64,000 nucleotides of DNA from Tubulanus polymorphus (taxonomy: Eukaryota > Animalia > Nemertea), in assembly GCF_964204645.1 (NCBI RefSeq), contig NC_134031.1:8494001-8558000 (forward strand), written 5' to 3'. Below the pieces are notes generated by a model that was given only the letters and a program-made list of their open reading frames with translations, was not told where the DNA came from and made no database searches. This document shows, piece after piece, positions 1 to 13,113 of the stretch; position 1 is the stretch's first letter, and each line of letters opens with the position of its first letter. The translations under genes were made by a program, and so were the position numbers.

Positions 1-333
1 CAAATGATATTCGCTCCGACAGCCAGCTTCAGACAACAGATATATTGCATGACTGACGTGTATTTGGACTTAAACAGGGTACGTTAGTTACTGATGTGAC
101 AAAACTGCCCTTACATATAGGTTCCATGTGAGTCAAACGTGATAGCCCAAATATGCGTGAGTCATAAAAATGATTATCGCTCCGACAGCCAGCTTCAGAC
201 AACAGATATATTGCATGACTGACTTGTATTTGGACTTAAACAGGGTACGTTAGTTACTGATGTGACAAAACTGCCCTTACATGTAGGTTCCCTATGAGCC
301 AAACGTGATAGCCCATATATGCGTGAGTCATAC
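1..333. repeat. ~166-bp direct tandem duplication (2 copies visible, first at window edge)
   Basis: CGCTCCGACAGCCAGCTTCAGACAACAGATATATTGCATGACTGAC at 12 and 178, with similarity continuing to GCGTGAGTCATA. Confidence 0.85.
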
Positions 334-347
334 AAATTAAAGTTGTC

Positions 348-1000
348 ATGATTGTTGGCATTACCATCCATGTCATCCATGCCCAATCATTATCATTACA
401 GGAAATTGCACAACCAACTACCGTTGCAAATGTGAAAAGAAACAAGGCGAAACGTTTGAACCTGCGCAAAAAGCTTAAGATTAAAAAAGCTAATCTTGTA
501 AAACAACAAAACGAAATAAAAAAGAAACATGAATACGATTACGCGTGGCTCAAATTGGAAAATGCTGAGTTGAAGAAAAAAATTCCGATTAAAAGAACGC
601 AGAATCTTACAATCTCTGTTTTCAAGAGCGATAACCGCAGTTTACACAACGTCGAAATTGATCGATTTCTCGCAAAAAATCCGTCAATCATTGAAATCGA
701 TCCGAATAATATCGACATTGATAATGTCATTGGCTCCGGTAGCTATGGGACCGTTAGAAAAGGCACGTTCAAACTCCTTGATTTACCAGTAGCAATAAAA
801 GCCGGTATAACTGATATTTCGCGATTACAACGTGAGTGCAAGATAATGCAATTGTTGTCGGGGAAAACGCATTTCCCTTACTTGTTCGGTATAAGTAATA
901 AATCCATCGTTATGGAATTGATGGATAAAACGCTCTTTGATTTGTTGAATGAACCGAACACTGACATCGCTCAAGACGTATATTTGTCTATGTGGTTAAA
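348..1000 (+). pseudogene. Truncated intronless protein kinase (N-lobe only)
   Basis: IGSGSYGTV (Gly loop), VAIK (catalytic Lys), LQREC (alphaC Glu), IVMELM (hinge). The sequence breaks into AT-rich element DNA at ~1000, before HRD/DFG. Confidence 0.8.
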
Positions 1001-1170
1001 TTGGTTGAAAATATAAAATATATTGGATAAAAAATAGGAATATGATAAAATTTAGAATTGGAAGAATGGTACGAGTGTACGGATTGGAAGAATGGTACGA
1101 ATGGTACGAGCGTAATAATATATACATATCTTACTTTTAACATACGAATTGGAAGAATGGTGCGAGTATA

Positions 1171-1345
<175 letters not shown>

Positions 1346-2483
1346 TTTATTAAAATAATATTAAAATATAGTATAAAATTGATAAAGTAACTTAAAATCA
1401 AACTCGTACTGTTTTTTAAATTAAAAAAAAAACGTATATAAATTATATATGTTACACTCGTACCATTCTTCCAATTCGTACACTCGTACACTTATCCACA
1501 TTCTAAATTCTATCATATTCCTAATTATGGTTTTACTTTATAAATTTATATTCATATGATATTTTAATTCTTTACATTAAACTAGAATAATACTAACTTA
1601 TTCAAGGTAAAGTTTTTCTAGTTGAATTCTAGTCAAATGTAAAGAATTACAATATCATATAAGAATTGAATAGATTCAATAAGAATTAAAATGAGTTTCT
1701 TTAACAATACTAACTTATTCAATTATAATGTTTTCCTAATTGAATCTATTTGAAATATTATGTAATCCATTTAGCAAATAGAAACAATAACTAATATCAT
1801 TTTTAAAGAATTATATCATATTCTAGTGCTGAATCAAGAATATGATATCTATCATTACTGAATCAAATATATATAATAAATCTGTGAGATAAATAAATAT
1901 TGAAACAGTAATATATATAATAAATCCGTGAGATAAATAAATATCATATTATTAGTACTTGAAAAAATATAATTCCCCCTCGTGTCTTTATGTATTTAGT
2001 AGTCTTAGTACTTTTAGTACATAAAGAATAAATCTTTATATTATTAGTAGTTAGAAAAAATAAAAACATATATAATAAATCTGTGAGATGAATAAATATA
2101 TTATATTATTATTGAAACAGTAATATATAATACATCTATGATATTTATTACTGAATCAAATATATATGATGAATCTATGATATTTATTACTGAATCAAAT
2201 ATATATGATAAAATCTAAAAATATATAATTCAAATTATAGAAACTATTTATATATCTATGTACTAGACGTACGAGTAATAATCCAAGAAAGTAAGAAAGT
2301 AAGAATCCAAGAAAGTAAGAAAGTAAGAATTGGAAGAATTGGAAGAATGGTACGAGTGGTAGAATGGTACGAGTGTAACATATATAATTTATATATGTTT
2401 TTTTTTATTTAAAAAACAGTACGAGTTTGATTTTAAGTTACTTAATCAATTTTATACTATATTTCAATATTATTTTAATTAAA

Positions 2484-2790
<307 letters not shown>

Positions 2791-3581
2791 AAATGAAACC
2801 ATTCCAGATATCATTATAATTAATTTGATATTCTCTTGATTTCTGTATATAAGGTGTAATACATTTACAATACTTTCACTCATTTTTTAGTTAAAATATA
2901 TGAAATAAATTGAATTAAAAGACATCGTCTAAATCTTTTTCTAAATTAACTTTTTTATTTTTTTATGATTATTTCCATTCAACTTCTTTAATTTCTTACT
3001 TAATTTCATATTTTCATTAATCAATTGATATTTTCATAATAAAAGTACAACGCAGCCAATATTAAACCCCAGCAACTAAACAATGTTTCAAATCACTTTT
3101 TCCAGTTGGAATGCTGAAACCATTCTCATTCATTTAATTAAGAAAAAAAACTAAAAGAATGATAAGTAATTTGAAATATCTTATTTTGAATATATAATCA
3201 TTTATAATCATCTTTAAAATATTAGACTTTTAAATGATTAAATCAAATAACAATTAGACTTACAGTCTAACAATTTAACAGTTATTCATTAACTAATTTC
3301 ACAATGTTTTAACTATTATACATTTGAAATTTTCCAATTACTCATTCAGCTTACTCTTATTTCAATATAGAATTATTATTCTTTCCATAATTGATATGTT
3401 TCATTTTCTGATAAGGCTTTGATTTATGTGATATCAAATATTTGCCGCCACAATGATAATACACTTTCCCATTAGGATTAAACTTTTTAAATTCATTATC
3501 TAAATCACATTGAATTCCAATATTTGATGAATTTTCATTATAGATGATTTATTCATTATCAAAATTAAAATAATATAATTG

Positions 3582-4040
3582 TCATTTTTCAATTCTTAAG
3601 TTTATTATATCATTGTAATCTTTAGAAAGTATTAAATCATCATTTCTTTCATTAAAAGGAGTTTCAAGAATACTTATTATGTTTTCATCTAAATTACCTT
3701 TACAATTTAAAAATGTATTGAATACTGTAGGATTTTTTAGGTTGTTTACATAACTTATATCAACCCGCCATCTTATTAGTTCAGTAATTAAACATGTTTC
3801 TTTTAATGATATTTGATTAATCACAGTAATACTATCGATTTTATATTGGCTTCCATACACTAAATTTGTTGCTGAGATATAATTTTTAATGTTAAATAAT
3901 GAAAATAAGTTATCAATTTCTTTGATTTCGATTTTGAATTTAGGTTCTTCTTCTTCTGTCTTCATTTTTATAACAAAACTTTTATTAAAACTCATACAAA
4001 TATAAATATTCAATGTTAAAATATGAATCATTTCAATCAC
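3582..4040 (-). pseudogene. Uncharacterised element ORF-X remnant
   Basis: NLFSLFNIKNYISATNLVYG...KGNLDENII...PFNER...LILSKDYND..NLRIEK matches the 19363-20280 ORF; stop where element C reads R, with homology continuing past it. Confidence 0.75.
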
Positions 4041-4297
4041 ACCTTACTCACACTTTTTATGTTTTAAAATCAAGAATGTAACACATATAAATATAAATAT
4101 TCAATGTTAAAATATGAATTATTTCACTCACACTTTACTCTTTACACTTTTTATATTTAAAATTGATATTTTCATCAAATCGTTAATCACTCGTTACTTT
4201 TTATTTTATTTCACTCACCACTCACACTTTACTCACACTTTTATTCGAAATCTATGATATTCATATAAATAATGTTCATTTATATGAAATTATTAGA

Positions 4298-4393
4298 AGT
4301 AATGGGGAAAGTGTTGTTTCATATCAGAGGTTGAAGGGGAGAGTGAGCTCGACCTTTCGACCTCTGGTATGAAACAACACTTTCCCCATTACT
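4298..4393. repeat. Terminal hairpin of element A
   Basis: AGTAATGGGGAAAGTGTTGTTTCATA ... TATGAAACAACACTTTCCCCATTACT, 26-bp perfect arms plus an imperfect inner stem. Confidence 0.95.
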
Positions 4394-5971
4394 TACGGCG
4401 AAAGTAGGCCTACTGGTACGTTTACGAAAAATGAAAAACATTTTCAGAAGGGCAACTTGATTTTTTGTGATGTTGTGGTCCAAAGTCTGTGGTTTAGGAT
4501 AGCGTGCCTACCAGATCAGATTCAGATTTTTTCCCTTAGATTTTCGATTAGTCAAGGACAACCTGAAAATTTGAGGGGGATCTATAGGCCCCTAAACCCC
4601 CGTCTCAATCCGCCCTTCCTCAATCCACAATTATAGTACTGTCTATCTGAAAGCACCTCTTTCTAGAATGTGAATCGTCAGGATGAGCCTCTACCTCACA
4701 ACGATTCGAAATGACTCAGGGGCGAGGCCAGGATTTTCTAAATGAGTGTGTGGGGGGTCCGTTAGGGGGTTGCCTAGGCCCCTCGCTAATATAATTTGAG
4801 AAAAACCGTTAATGCGTGAGTTTTCAAAAGGTTTTAAAAAGGGCCTGTATCCTTTTTCGTTTGAAGAATATTTTGGGGCCCAAATAAAGGGAAATTCCTA
4901 AATGTTTTCACGTGGTTCAAGCGGTATACTAGGGCTGTCCCTGGGATGGATCCAGCGTCAAAGGCAGAGGTATCCAGGCCTTGTTTCTAAACTTCGCTAC
5001 AATCTCGTCGTTCACATACACATTGATTTTCTAGACTACCTAGAATTGGCAAAACAGCTAATCGCCTCAACAATTTTTGTATTTTTCCAATTTTTTCAAT
5101 CGCAATTTGGATCTTTCTTCAGAAAACAATACTTCCGAAATGAGAGAGGATTAGAAATTTCAAGGAATTTTAGGGGAGGGTCCCGGATCCCCATCAGGCC
5201 CATACAGAGAATTCTTTTGGGGAGTTCTACATGGGGGGAGGATGGTACCAAAAAGGCACCTTAACAAAAGGCAAGATAGCGATTGATCAATTTGAAAGAT
5301 TTGTTCTCAGTTTAATTTTTCATTTTTATTGTCCAGTAGAAAATTTACAACATTCCAGAAAACAAGGTTAAATGGGCGAAAATTCATTTTTGTTGATAGG
5401 TGTGGTTTTGCTACACTGTTGGTTGTATGTTGTATGATAATATAACAATACATGTGAATGGAAATTTCTGCTCATTGGAACTGGTACCGGTCAAAAGAGG
5501 GTTAAAACTGCCGGTCGCCGAACAAGAATGAACGACAACACTGAACTTGAACCTTTGGTGACATTGACATTGAGAGACGACTTAAACGAAAACGCTTCAA
5601 CATCCGACATACGTGTATATTCAAGTTGTGAAGAAAGAGGCAATGTTTAGAAACAAAGAATAGAACATGTGTGTCGAGAGTCGTTGATTCATAAGGTAAG
5701 TTGTGTAAATGTAAAATGCGCTCGTGTGCGGGGGCCTTAAGACCTTGATACACGAATACGAAACTATAATCCAATCCAAGATCAAACATGAAAGACCAAA
5801 CATAAACTCCAGTAACAAACTCGGTTCATTACAAACATGATTACTACATGTATCGTGTATAGAAACTGCATCAACTTCCATTTTTGCAGAAACCTGATAC
5901 TTGAAAATCTAACGATCCGAGCCAATTAGTTTATGAAATGTGAATTTCAATCATGAATTCGTCTGTGTGAG

Positions 5972-7093
5972 ATGTGGGAGCAGAACGAATCAACCAGTTC
6001 AGCCGCGCAGACTACAGTGCAGTTACTGGCAGTCGACTGCTCGTACAGCACTGATGGATTCTTCATGGCTATCATTCGACTCACTGGTGGAACTCTAATA
6101 ACTTTAATGGGAATCATTTTCAATATTTTCAGTATAATAGTATTACGAAGGCAACCAGTGATTTCCGTATCCACCCAATTACTCATATACCTCGCGTACA
6201 CAGATATTGCATTTTTGTTATGTCGCGGTATTCGAGAACCGCTTCGGTATTGGGTCGGTTGGGCCGTCGAGGGTGACTTCATTTTTCGGCAAAAAGTCCA
6301 TCCGTATCCGCGATTCCGGCATATACCGGAAATCCTTTATGTCCAGCCGGATATATATCTGTCGATTGATTTTTTACGCTACGCAACGCACGTCTCACGG
6401 AACTGGTTGACTGTTTTAATCAGCGTTGAAAGGGCCGTATCGCTCGCGTTTCCATTTTTCGCCCGGGCTAAGATAACTAAACGCCGAGTTTTATACGCGC
6501 ATATCTTAACATCTATGATTGTGTCGTCTGTTTATTTACCGCATATTTACGGGTTATGTCATTATGCCGATTTCGTTGGTTATGATATGTGCACAGGTCG
6601 ACCTGTGAGAGGTATTTTACATACGTTTAATTTTTGGGATCGATGGAGATCGGTAAGTCGCACGTATTTGAGTCCGGCAATTAAAGAAGTGCTACCTTTC
6701 ACGATTATCGTAATTTTAAATGTCTACATCGTCGCAAAAGTCCGTCAAATTTCACGAAATCAGAAAAAAATGACGGCAAAAGAAAGTGAATTAGTAGATT
6801 CTATGAAGGCTATTCGTTTGACTGTAGCCGTTTCAGTAATATTTTTGGTATTTGAACTGCCCAGTTCGTTTCAAAGTTATCAAAAATTTATCAGACTTTT
6901 CGTCGATATACAGGGAGTTTCTTTTCACGGAACATCGAAAAATGTGCAGAGATTTTTCGCCGAATTGTTTCCGATCGCGGACTCGTCTGCGAATTTTGTC
7001 ATTTATTGTTTTGTGCACGATCGCTTTAGACACACGGCAAAACAACTGCTGAGTAGACGATGTACGTATAGGGGTGCCACACGTCCATATTGA
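5972..7093 (+). CDS. Rhodopsin-class GPCR, FMRFamide-receptor/peptide-receptor-like (invertebrate expanded type), single coding exon
   Basis: 373-aa intact ORF with 7 hydrophobic segments: TM1 GIIFN, TM2 LAYTD, TM3 SVERA, TM6 FLVFELP, TM7 SSANFVIYC, helix 8 RFRH. Confidence 0.9.
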   Translation: MWEQNESTSSAAQTTVQLLAVDCSYSTDGFFMAIIRLTGGTLITLMGIIFNIFSIIVLRRQPVISVSTQLLIYLAYTDIAFLLCRGIREPLRYWVGWAVEGDFIFRQKVHPYPRFRHIPEILYVQPDIYLSIDFLRYATHVSRNWLTVLISVERAVSLAFPFFARAKITKRRVLYAHILTSMIVSSVYLPHIYGLCHYADFVGYDMCTGRPVRGILHTFNFWDRWRSVSRTYLSPAIKEVLPFTIIVILNVYIVAKVRQISRNQKKMTAKESELVDSMKAIRLTVAVSVIFLVFELPSSFQSYQKFIRLFVDIQGVSFHGTSKNVQRFFAELFPIADSSANFVIYCFVHDRFRHTAKQLLSRRCTYRGATRPY

Positions 7094-7319
7094 CGCCGGG
7101 CCGTCCATAACGGCAAAAACATTTGAAAAAATAAACTGTTCAATTGTCTTAAGCGCTGTTGATTTTTAATCCTGGATCTCGATATGCGTCTGCGAATTCT
7201 GGATTTTACAGAGGGTTGAAAACGAATTTTTAAATCCGTTCTTCAGTTGAACAGCGCATGAAAGCTATTCATTGTCAAAATTGGCTGAATGCAATATCTG
7301 CGTCTAATAAAGGAATCCA

Positions 7320-8208
7320 GGTAATAAAGCCATAGGTAAAAATGGCATAGGTAAAAATGCCAGAAGGAAATATGAGGAAAATTATGTGAAGATTTTATTA
7401 ACATTGTATGGAATTCCTCAAGGGCCATACGACTTACGAGTTACGATTTACGAATTACAATTTATTTTTGTCAACATTTGATAGATTTTGACGCTGTACC
7501 GACCGGCGGCTGGTCACCGCGCAGGATTTTCTGCCGTGATCTCACTATCTACAATACATTCTCTTAATTATTATTCTGTTTGAAATGGCATTTCGACTTC
7601 ATTTCGAAACAAGTTCTCTGAATAACGCGCCCTTCGGATATCTGAAGCCAATTAGTGAAAAACGTGTAAATGTAATTCGTAAAACGTTAGTAGCACGAAA
7701 AATTTGTAAAATAAAGAGAACCACAAATCTATAAAATACAGTCTAACATAGTTGCAATAAAATCATTGAAATTATTGATATTTTCATTTTCAATAAAATC
7801 ATTGAAATTATTGATATTTTCATTTTGAGATCATTGGAAATTGGAAAATTAACACATATTCTTATATAATTGTAATCAAAAAGGGAACATAGTCGTGATA
7901 TATAACACATTTCTAAATTAATGAACTTTAACAAATGAATGCACTGAGTTTACATATTGAATGCACAGTTTATATAAAACATATTTCTAGGTATAATAAT
8001 AGGTACGGTAATTAATTTTTTTAATCAATATAAATTTGTCATTCGTTTTTTAATTTATATGATCATAGGAATATGTTTGTATATCTAAACTGTGCATTCA
8101 TTACGTAAGATCTAGTGTAAATAAGAATATCAGGTCGAATGTTAAAAGATTCTTCGTTTAGTTTCCCTCATATTTCATTCTGGCATTTTTACTTCTGGCA
8201 TTATTACC
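7320..8208. mobile_element. MITE with subterminally repetitive TIRs
   Basis: GGTAATAAAGCC..GGTAAAAATGCCAGAAGGAAATATGAGG versus inverted CCTCATATTTCATTCTGGCATTTTTAC..GGCATTATTACC; a related end occurs at ~24649; TSD not resolved. Confidence 0.6.
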
Positions 8209-9384
8209 CTATAACAATTAACAATACACTAAAATTAACATTTTACTTGGTTTTGCTCAATTAACTACTTTTAGATTATAAAACTTTGGTTTATTTCAAC
8301 AATGAGTATGGCCTGCAAATTTAAATTTCGGGGGGACAAAATATTCATTCATTCTAAAAATTGTATTACTAATGTTCCTAATTTTTGCTGGAATCTAACG
8401 GACTTGGTGATTTATGGTACAACAAAATTACACCGGGCCTGGAGCTTTTTACCGTAAGGGAGCGTCCAAAAACTATGTATCTCTGATTGGGGGAGGGGGG
8501 TTACTGAATTTTGGTACAAAGTGGTACATGGGGGAGGGGGGTCAGCAAAAAAGGAACGTACTTTGAGGGAAGAGGTATTAATCAATCTTGGAACGTACTT
8601 TATGCACCCAAACTCAAATGAAAATAGCCGATACTGGTGTTTAATCGGCTTTTAGTGACTTGTTCAAGCGACTTGTAGTAGACTTCAACTGGGAATTCCC
8701 CATACCAGGTACCGGTATCGATCTTACACGCCGCACTTGTTGGAACCAGGTATTTATATTTTTCATATTTTGTTTTGATTTGTGTTCTTTGCATCAATAT
8801 AATTGGGGGGGGGGGGTCATGGGTATCATGGTACGTACCTATGAGGGGTCAGTGAATTTGGTACAAAGGTGGTACAAGGGGGGTCAGAAAAACGAGAGAA
8901 CTTTTGTTAATTGATTCATACAAGTATATTCTATTCTCATTTTAACTGTGTTAATGTATGTAACTGCATGAATGCGTGTATCATGTATGAGTAATAGGGA
9001 TAATAGGCTTTCAGATCAAAGGTCGAAGGGTCGAGCTCGTAAAAAAATGAAAATAATAATAATTTACAGTTGAATTAGTCGCGCACACTCCTAATTCAAC
9101 TGTAAATTATTATTATTTTCATTTTTTACTCACTCGCCCCTTCAACCTTTAACCTGAAAGCCTATTATCCCTATTACTCTTAAAATAATCATATACATGA
9201 ATAACATTTAAATTGACAGATTATTCAATATAAAAGTATATATTTACAACATTATTTCAATATTCATATTTGTATGAGTTAGATTTTTAAACATTAAAAG
9301 TGTTAGTAAAGTGTGATTGAAATAATACATGATATAAATCATTGAACTTCTAAAATCAATTTAAAAAAAAAATTTGATATTAAA

Positions 9385-10182
9385 ATGGAAGCAAATAAGT
9401 ACTACTGTCCAACATGTAATATCAATATAGATAAATCCCAAAAAGCAAGACACAATAAAACTAAAACACATTTAGAGAATAAATTGAAACTAGAATATAA
9501 AGATGATATATTAGAAACTAAATTAGATGAATTAAAGAATGAAAAAGAAACATACAAATGTGATACATGTAATCAATCATTCAGTGATAAAAGATATTAT
9601 AATGAACATTTAAAATCTAAAAGTCATATTAGAAATATGAATGATGATATTTTAGGTGAAGATTATTTTGATAAAGATAATGATAAGAAACAGAAGACAA
9701 TTAAAAGCATAAAAAATAAATTAAACAATAAAAGACCATACATGGAAGATGTAAGAAATTATATTAATTCATTAGATAATAATAAAGATATAGAGATAAC
9801 CGAAGCATTTAAAAGTGATATTGGTCCAGCAGCTATCGAGTTTAAATTTCATAAAGGAAAAACATTAGAAGAAAATAAAAAACATTTAGAAAATATGAAA
9901 GAAATAATAAAAATAATAACTGATGTTGAATATCCTAAAATAAGTATTTCATCAAAAGTTAAATTCATAAAATCTGAAGATAAACCAATATACAATATAA
10001 ATTCTCATTCACAACATATTATTTCATAACAACATATAGATGATAAATTAGATAAATGTTATAATGAAGTAAAAACTAAAATAGAAGAGAAATATTTTGA
10101 AGGATCTGGTTTAATATTTGATGAAATAATATTTATGACTTTACATGTTTATAACACCAATAAGGGTAAAAAAATATTTTAA
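9385..10182 (+). pseudogene. N-terminal part of a Polinton-type protein-primed DNA polymerase B (two C2H2 zinc fingers plus terminal-protein-like region), truncated by internal deletion
   Basis: CPTC..H..H and CDTC..H..H fingers. Reading through the stop at 10027-10029 gives KIEEKYFEGSGLIFDEIIFMTLHVYN, resembling the conserved EGSGW..(I)..L.I motif of Polinton pPolB N-termini (recalled, not searched). Confidence 0.65.
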
Positions 10183-10252
10183 AGCGTAAGGTTTCAGCGA
10201 ACTCTAACTCTTTTTGAATTTTAACCTATTTTAATAAAAATTTGATATATAA

Positions 10253-11677
10253 ATGTGCTCAAGATTAATTAAAGTTCCCGTGAAAGACATGAGTAATAAA
10301 TATATAAATTCAATATTATATTATCTAACTGTTAACAATAATTTAGCAGATATTTCAGGAGTAAATATAAATAAGTATTATAAATCTGAAAATAATGAAT
10401 TAATTGAAACATCAGATATTTTTTGCGATAATATAATGCTATATAAAATCATGTTAGAAAAAGAAATTATAAAAGAAAATAGAACAACTTTTCTAAACGT
10501 TAATCAGAGAAAGATAACACATTATGAAATTAAAGAATGTTTTAATCAAGGAGATATTATATTGGATAACTTAGCTATAAAAATTACACGTGTTTTAACA
10601 ATTCATGATGATAATTCAAAATCATATATATTAAGTAGAATTAATCAAGAATTGAAATTAACAGATTATATTGCTGTATTTAAAATTTCATTATGCAATC
10701 AAAATTTAAATGAATTAATACAGAAAATGGATAATATTGAAAAATTATTTAATGAAAAAAATTACAATATATTAGATGTAGATGTGACACAAGATTTTAA
10801 AGGATCATTTAATTCAGATGAAATAAAATCAATGTTCGAAAATAGAAAATATAAAGTTCTAAAAGAATTTTCCAATATTTGTGTTTCAGCATTACATAAG
10901 GATGATAAAATAAAGATCTATAATAAAACAGCATGACAATTCAAATCTCCTGGTGTAAATATAAATTTCGGTTCAAATTTAATGAGTTACATAAATTGCT
11001 ATCAAGAGAGGTTAAAAGAATCATTTGAAAAATCAATTGAAACAGGATTGATTAGAATTGAAATAACTAGTATTTCATTTAAAAGAGGATTAAAAGTGAT
11101 GGAAAAAATAAAACAATACTTAAAGAAAGAAAATATTTACTATTCACCTGCATATTTACAACTTAAATCATTATTTGATGAGGTTCAACAGACTGTATGT
11201 ATTTATGACTTGATTGAAAAATGCTTTTATTTCTGTTATTATGGTGATTTATTAGCAAGGAAATTTATAGGATATAAATCTAGGATAAGTAAAAATATTG
11301 AAGAGTCCTCCTTTTTACTTATTTTATCAATGTTTACAATTAAGAATATCCCGTGTTTATACCTAACAATTAATCAAAATGATGATAAATCAGAATTCAT
11401 TATTGAAGCAAAAAAATATATTTAAACTGAAGGAGCAACTGTTATATCTTCAACTAATTCAATGTTTACAGTACTGAATAAATTTATATTTAGATTTAAA
11501 TTACGTGAAACAGGAATTAGTTTTACAACTTTAAAAAAGAGATACAATATAAAATCTAAACCTTTTTATAAATTAGATGCACTTGATATTGAAGAAGATT
11601 TTGATTTAAAATTATTATCTAAAAGTGAATTTAAAAAGTTAGAAGAAATGAAAGAACTTAAAAATAGGCGTTCATAG
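10253..11677 (+). pseudogene. Putative Rep_trans-like (rolling-circle initiator/nickase) protein, ~474 codons with two in-frame stops
   Basis: ORFs 10253, 10982 and 11462 share one frame. Motifs IILDNL, DVDVTQD, IKIYNK, LIRIEIT occur in Rep_trans order. The copy in element C has Cys where this copy has TGA. Confidence 0.55.
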
Positions 11678-12734
11678 CCCTGATAGACACTTTATTTTAT
11701 CAAAATTAGAAAAACCTATTTTCCAAGTAAAGAAAATAACACACAATCATTTTGAAATAATTGATAAAATGGATTTTGAATTGATGAAAAAATATACTGA
11801 ATAATTAAAGATAAATTCTAATGATTTTATAAATGTATGTGATATGCGTAAAGAATCTGATTATTTAAGAAAAATGAAACTTAACAATATGAAAATTAAG
11901 CAATGCGAGCGTTTAGAACTATTGAAAGATAATTCTGAATATAAAATTGAAAGATTTAAATAAAAAAACAATAAGTTAAATAAGTTAGTATTAGATAAAG
12001 TAACTTATTGTTTTTTTATTTAAATCTTTTTGATTTCTATTCACGCTATTGGTTAACAAGAATTGACTAGAATTCAAATAGATTTAACAAGAAATTCAAT
12101 AACTTTAACTGTTAGTATCACTCTTGTATTATTTCATTGAATTATTTCACTCGTTAATTACTCGTTACTTTTTATATTGAAAATAAGAATTTAACGCATA
12201 TAAATATAAATATTCAATGATTTAAATATGAATTATTTCAATCACACTTTACTAACACTTTTAATGTTTAAAAATCTAAATCATACCAAATATAAATATT
12301 GAAATATGTTTAAAATATATCTATATATCTATTTATAAGAGCTCGTTAATTACTCGTTACTTTTTTACTCACACTTTAATAACACTTTTATATTGAATAA
12401 TCTATCAATTTATATGTTATTCATGTAAATTATGTTTATATATATATATGAATATTTTAAGAGTAATAGGGGTGATGGGCTTTCAGGTTAAAGGTTGAAG
12501 GGGCGGGTGAGTAAAAAATGAAAATAATAAAAATTTTCAGTTGAATTAGGAGTGTGCGCGACTAATTCAACTGTAAATTATTATTATTTTCATTTTTACG
12601 AGCTCGACCCTTCGACCTTTGGTATGAAAGCCTATTATCCCTATTACTTGTATGAACCTGTTGCTTTTTGCTTTGTGCCAGTGTAAATTGTTTGTGGAAA
12701 CTAATTGTTACTGTAATTGTAATGTCGGCTAAAT

Positions 12735-13105
12735 TCTGTAATTCATTTGTAATTCATTTCAGCTAGCAACACAGTGTCATCTGCATATAAAAGAATTAGT
12801 AATCTAAACCACAGTGTACCCTGGTCATTAAGAAAAGTAATGCCTTCGCAGCCCTCATTAATGAGATAATTTTCCATATCATTCACAAAAATGGAAAAAG
12901 GTATAGGCGAGAGATTTTCTCCTTGCCTTAAACCTACAAATGATTCAAAATAATCCGATGCCGCTCCGTTTAAGCAATGAAGACTTGGCATTTTGATAGA
13001 TACTGCGAGTAACTCTCAGTATTTTACCTGTAATACCCAAATCAATTACTTTATGCCACATGGCCTTACGCCATATGGTATCGAAGGCTTTACGAAAGTC
13101 TATAA
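12735..13105 (-). mobile_element. Non-LTR retrotransposon (LINE) reverse-transcriptase fragment
   Basis: FIDFRKAFDTI, GLRQGENLSP, LLYADD across a frameshift. Confidence 0.9.
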
Positions 13106-13113
13106 ACATTTTT

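Larger units (their letters stand above)
8990..12648 (+). mobile_element. Polinton/Maverick-like non-autonomous element B, both ends intact (3.66 kb)
   Basis: 5'-AGTAAT...ATTACT-3' termini. 6-bp TSD TGTATG (8984-8989, 12649-12654). Imperfect TIRs ~8990-9326 / ~12233-12648, each starting with a ~190-bp hairpin. Internal pPolB N-terminal fragment. Confidence 0.88.

Noticed and set aside
5947-6282. Antisense ORFs over the GPCR copies (also 14620-14973)
   Set aside because: Shadow frames of the GPCR coding sequence.
9085-9110. ACTCCTAAT at the hairpin loop resembling the pT181/MOBT nick motif (CTAA)
   Set aside because: Too short in AT-rich DNA and absent from hairpins A and C; not used as evidence.
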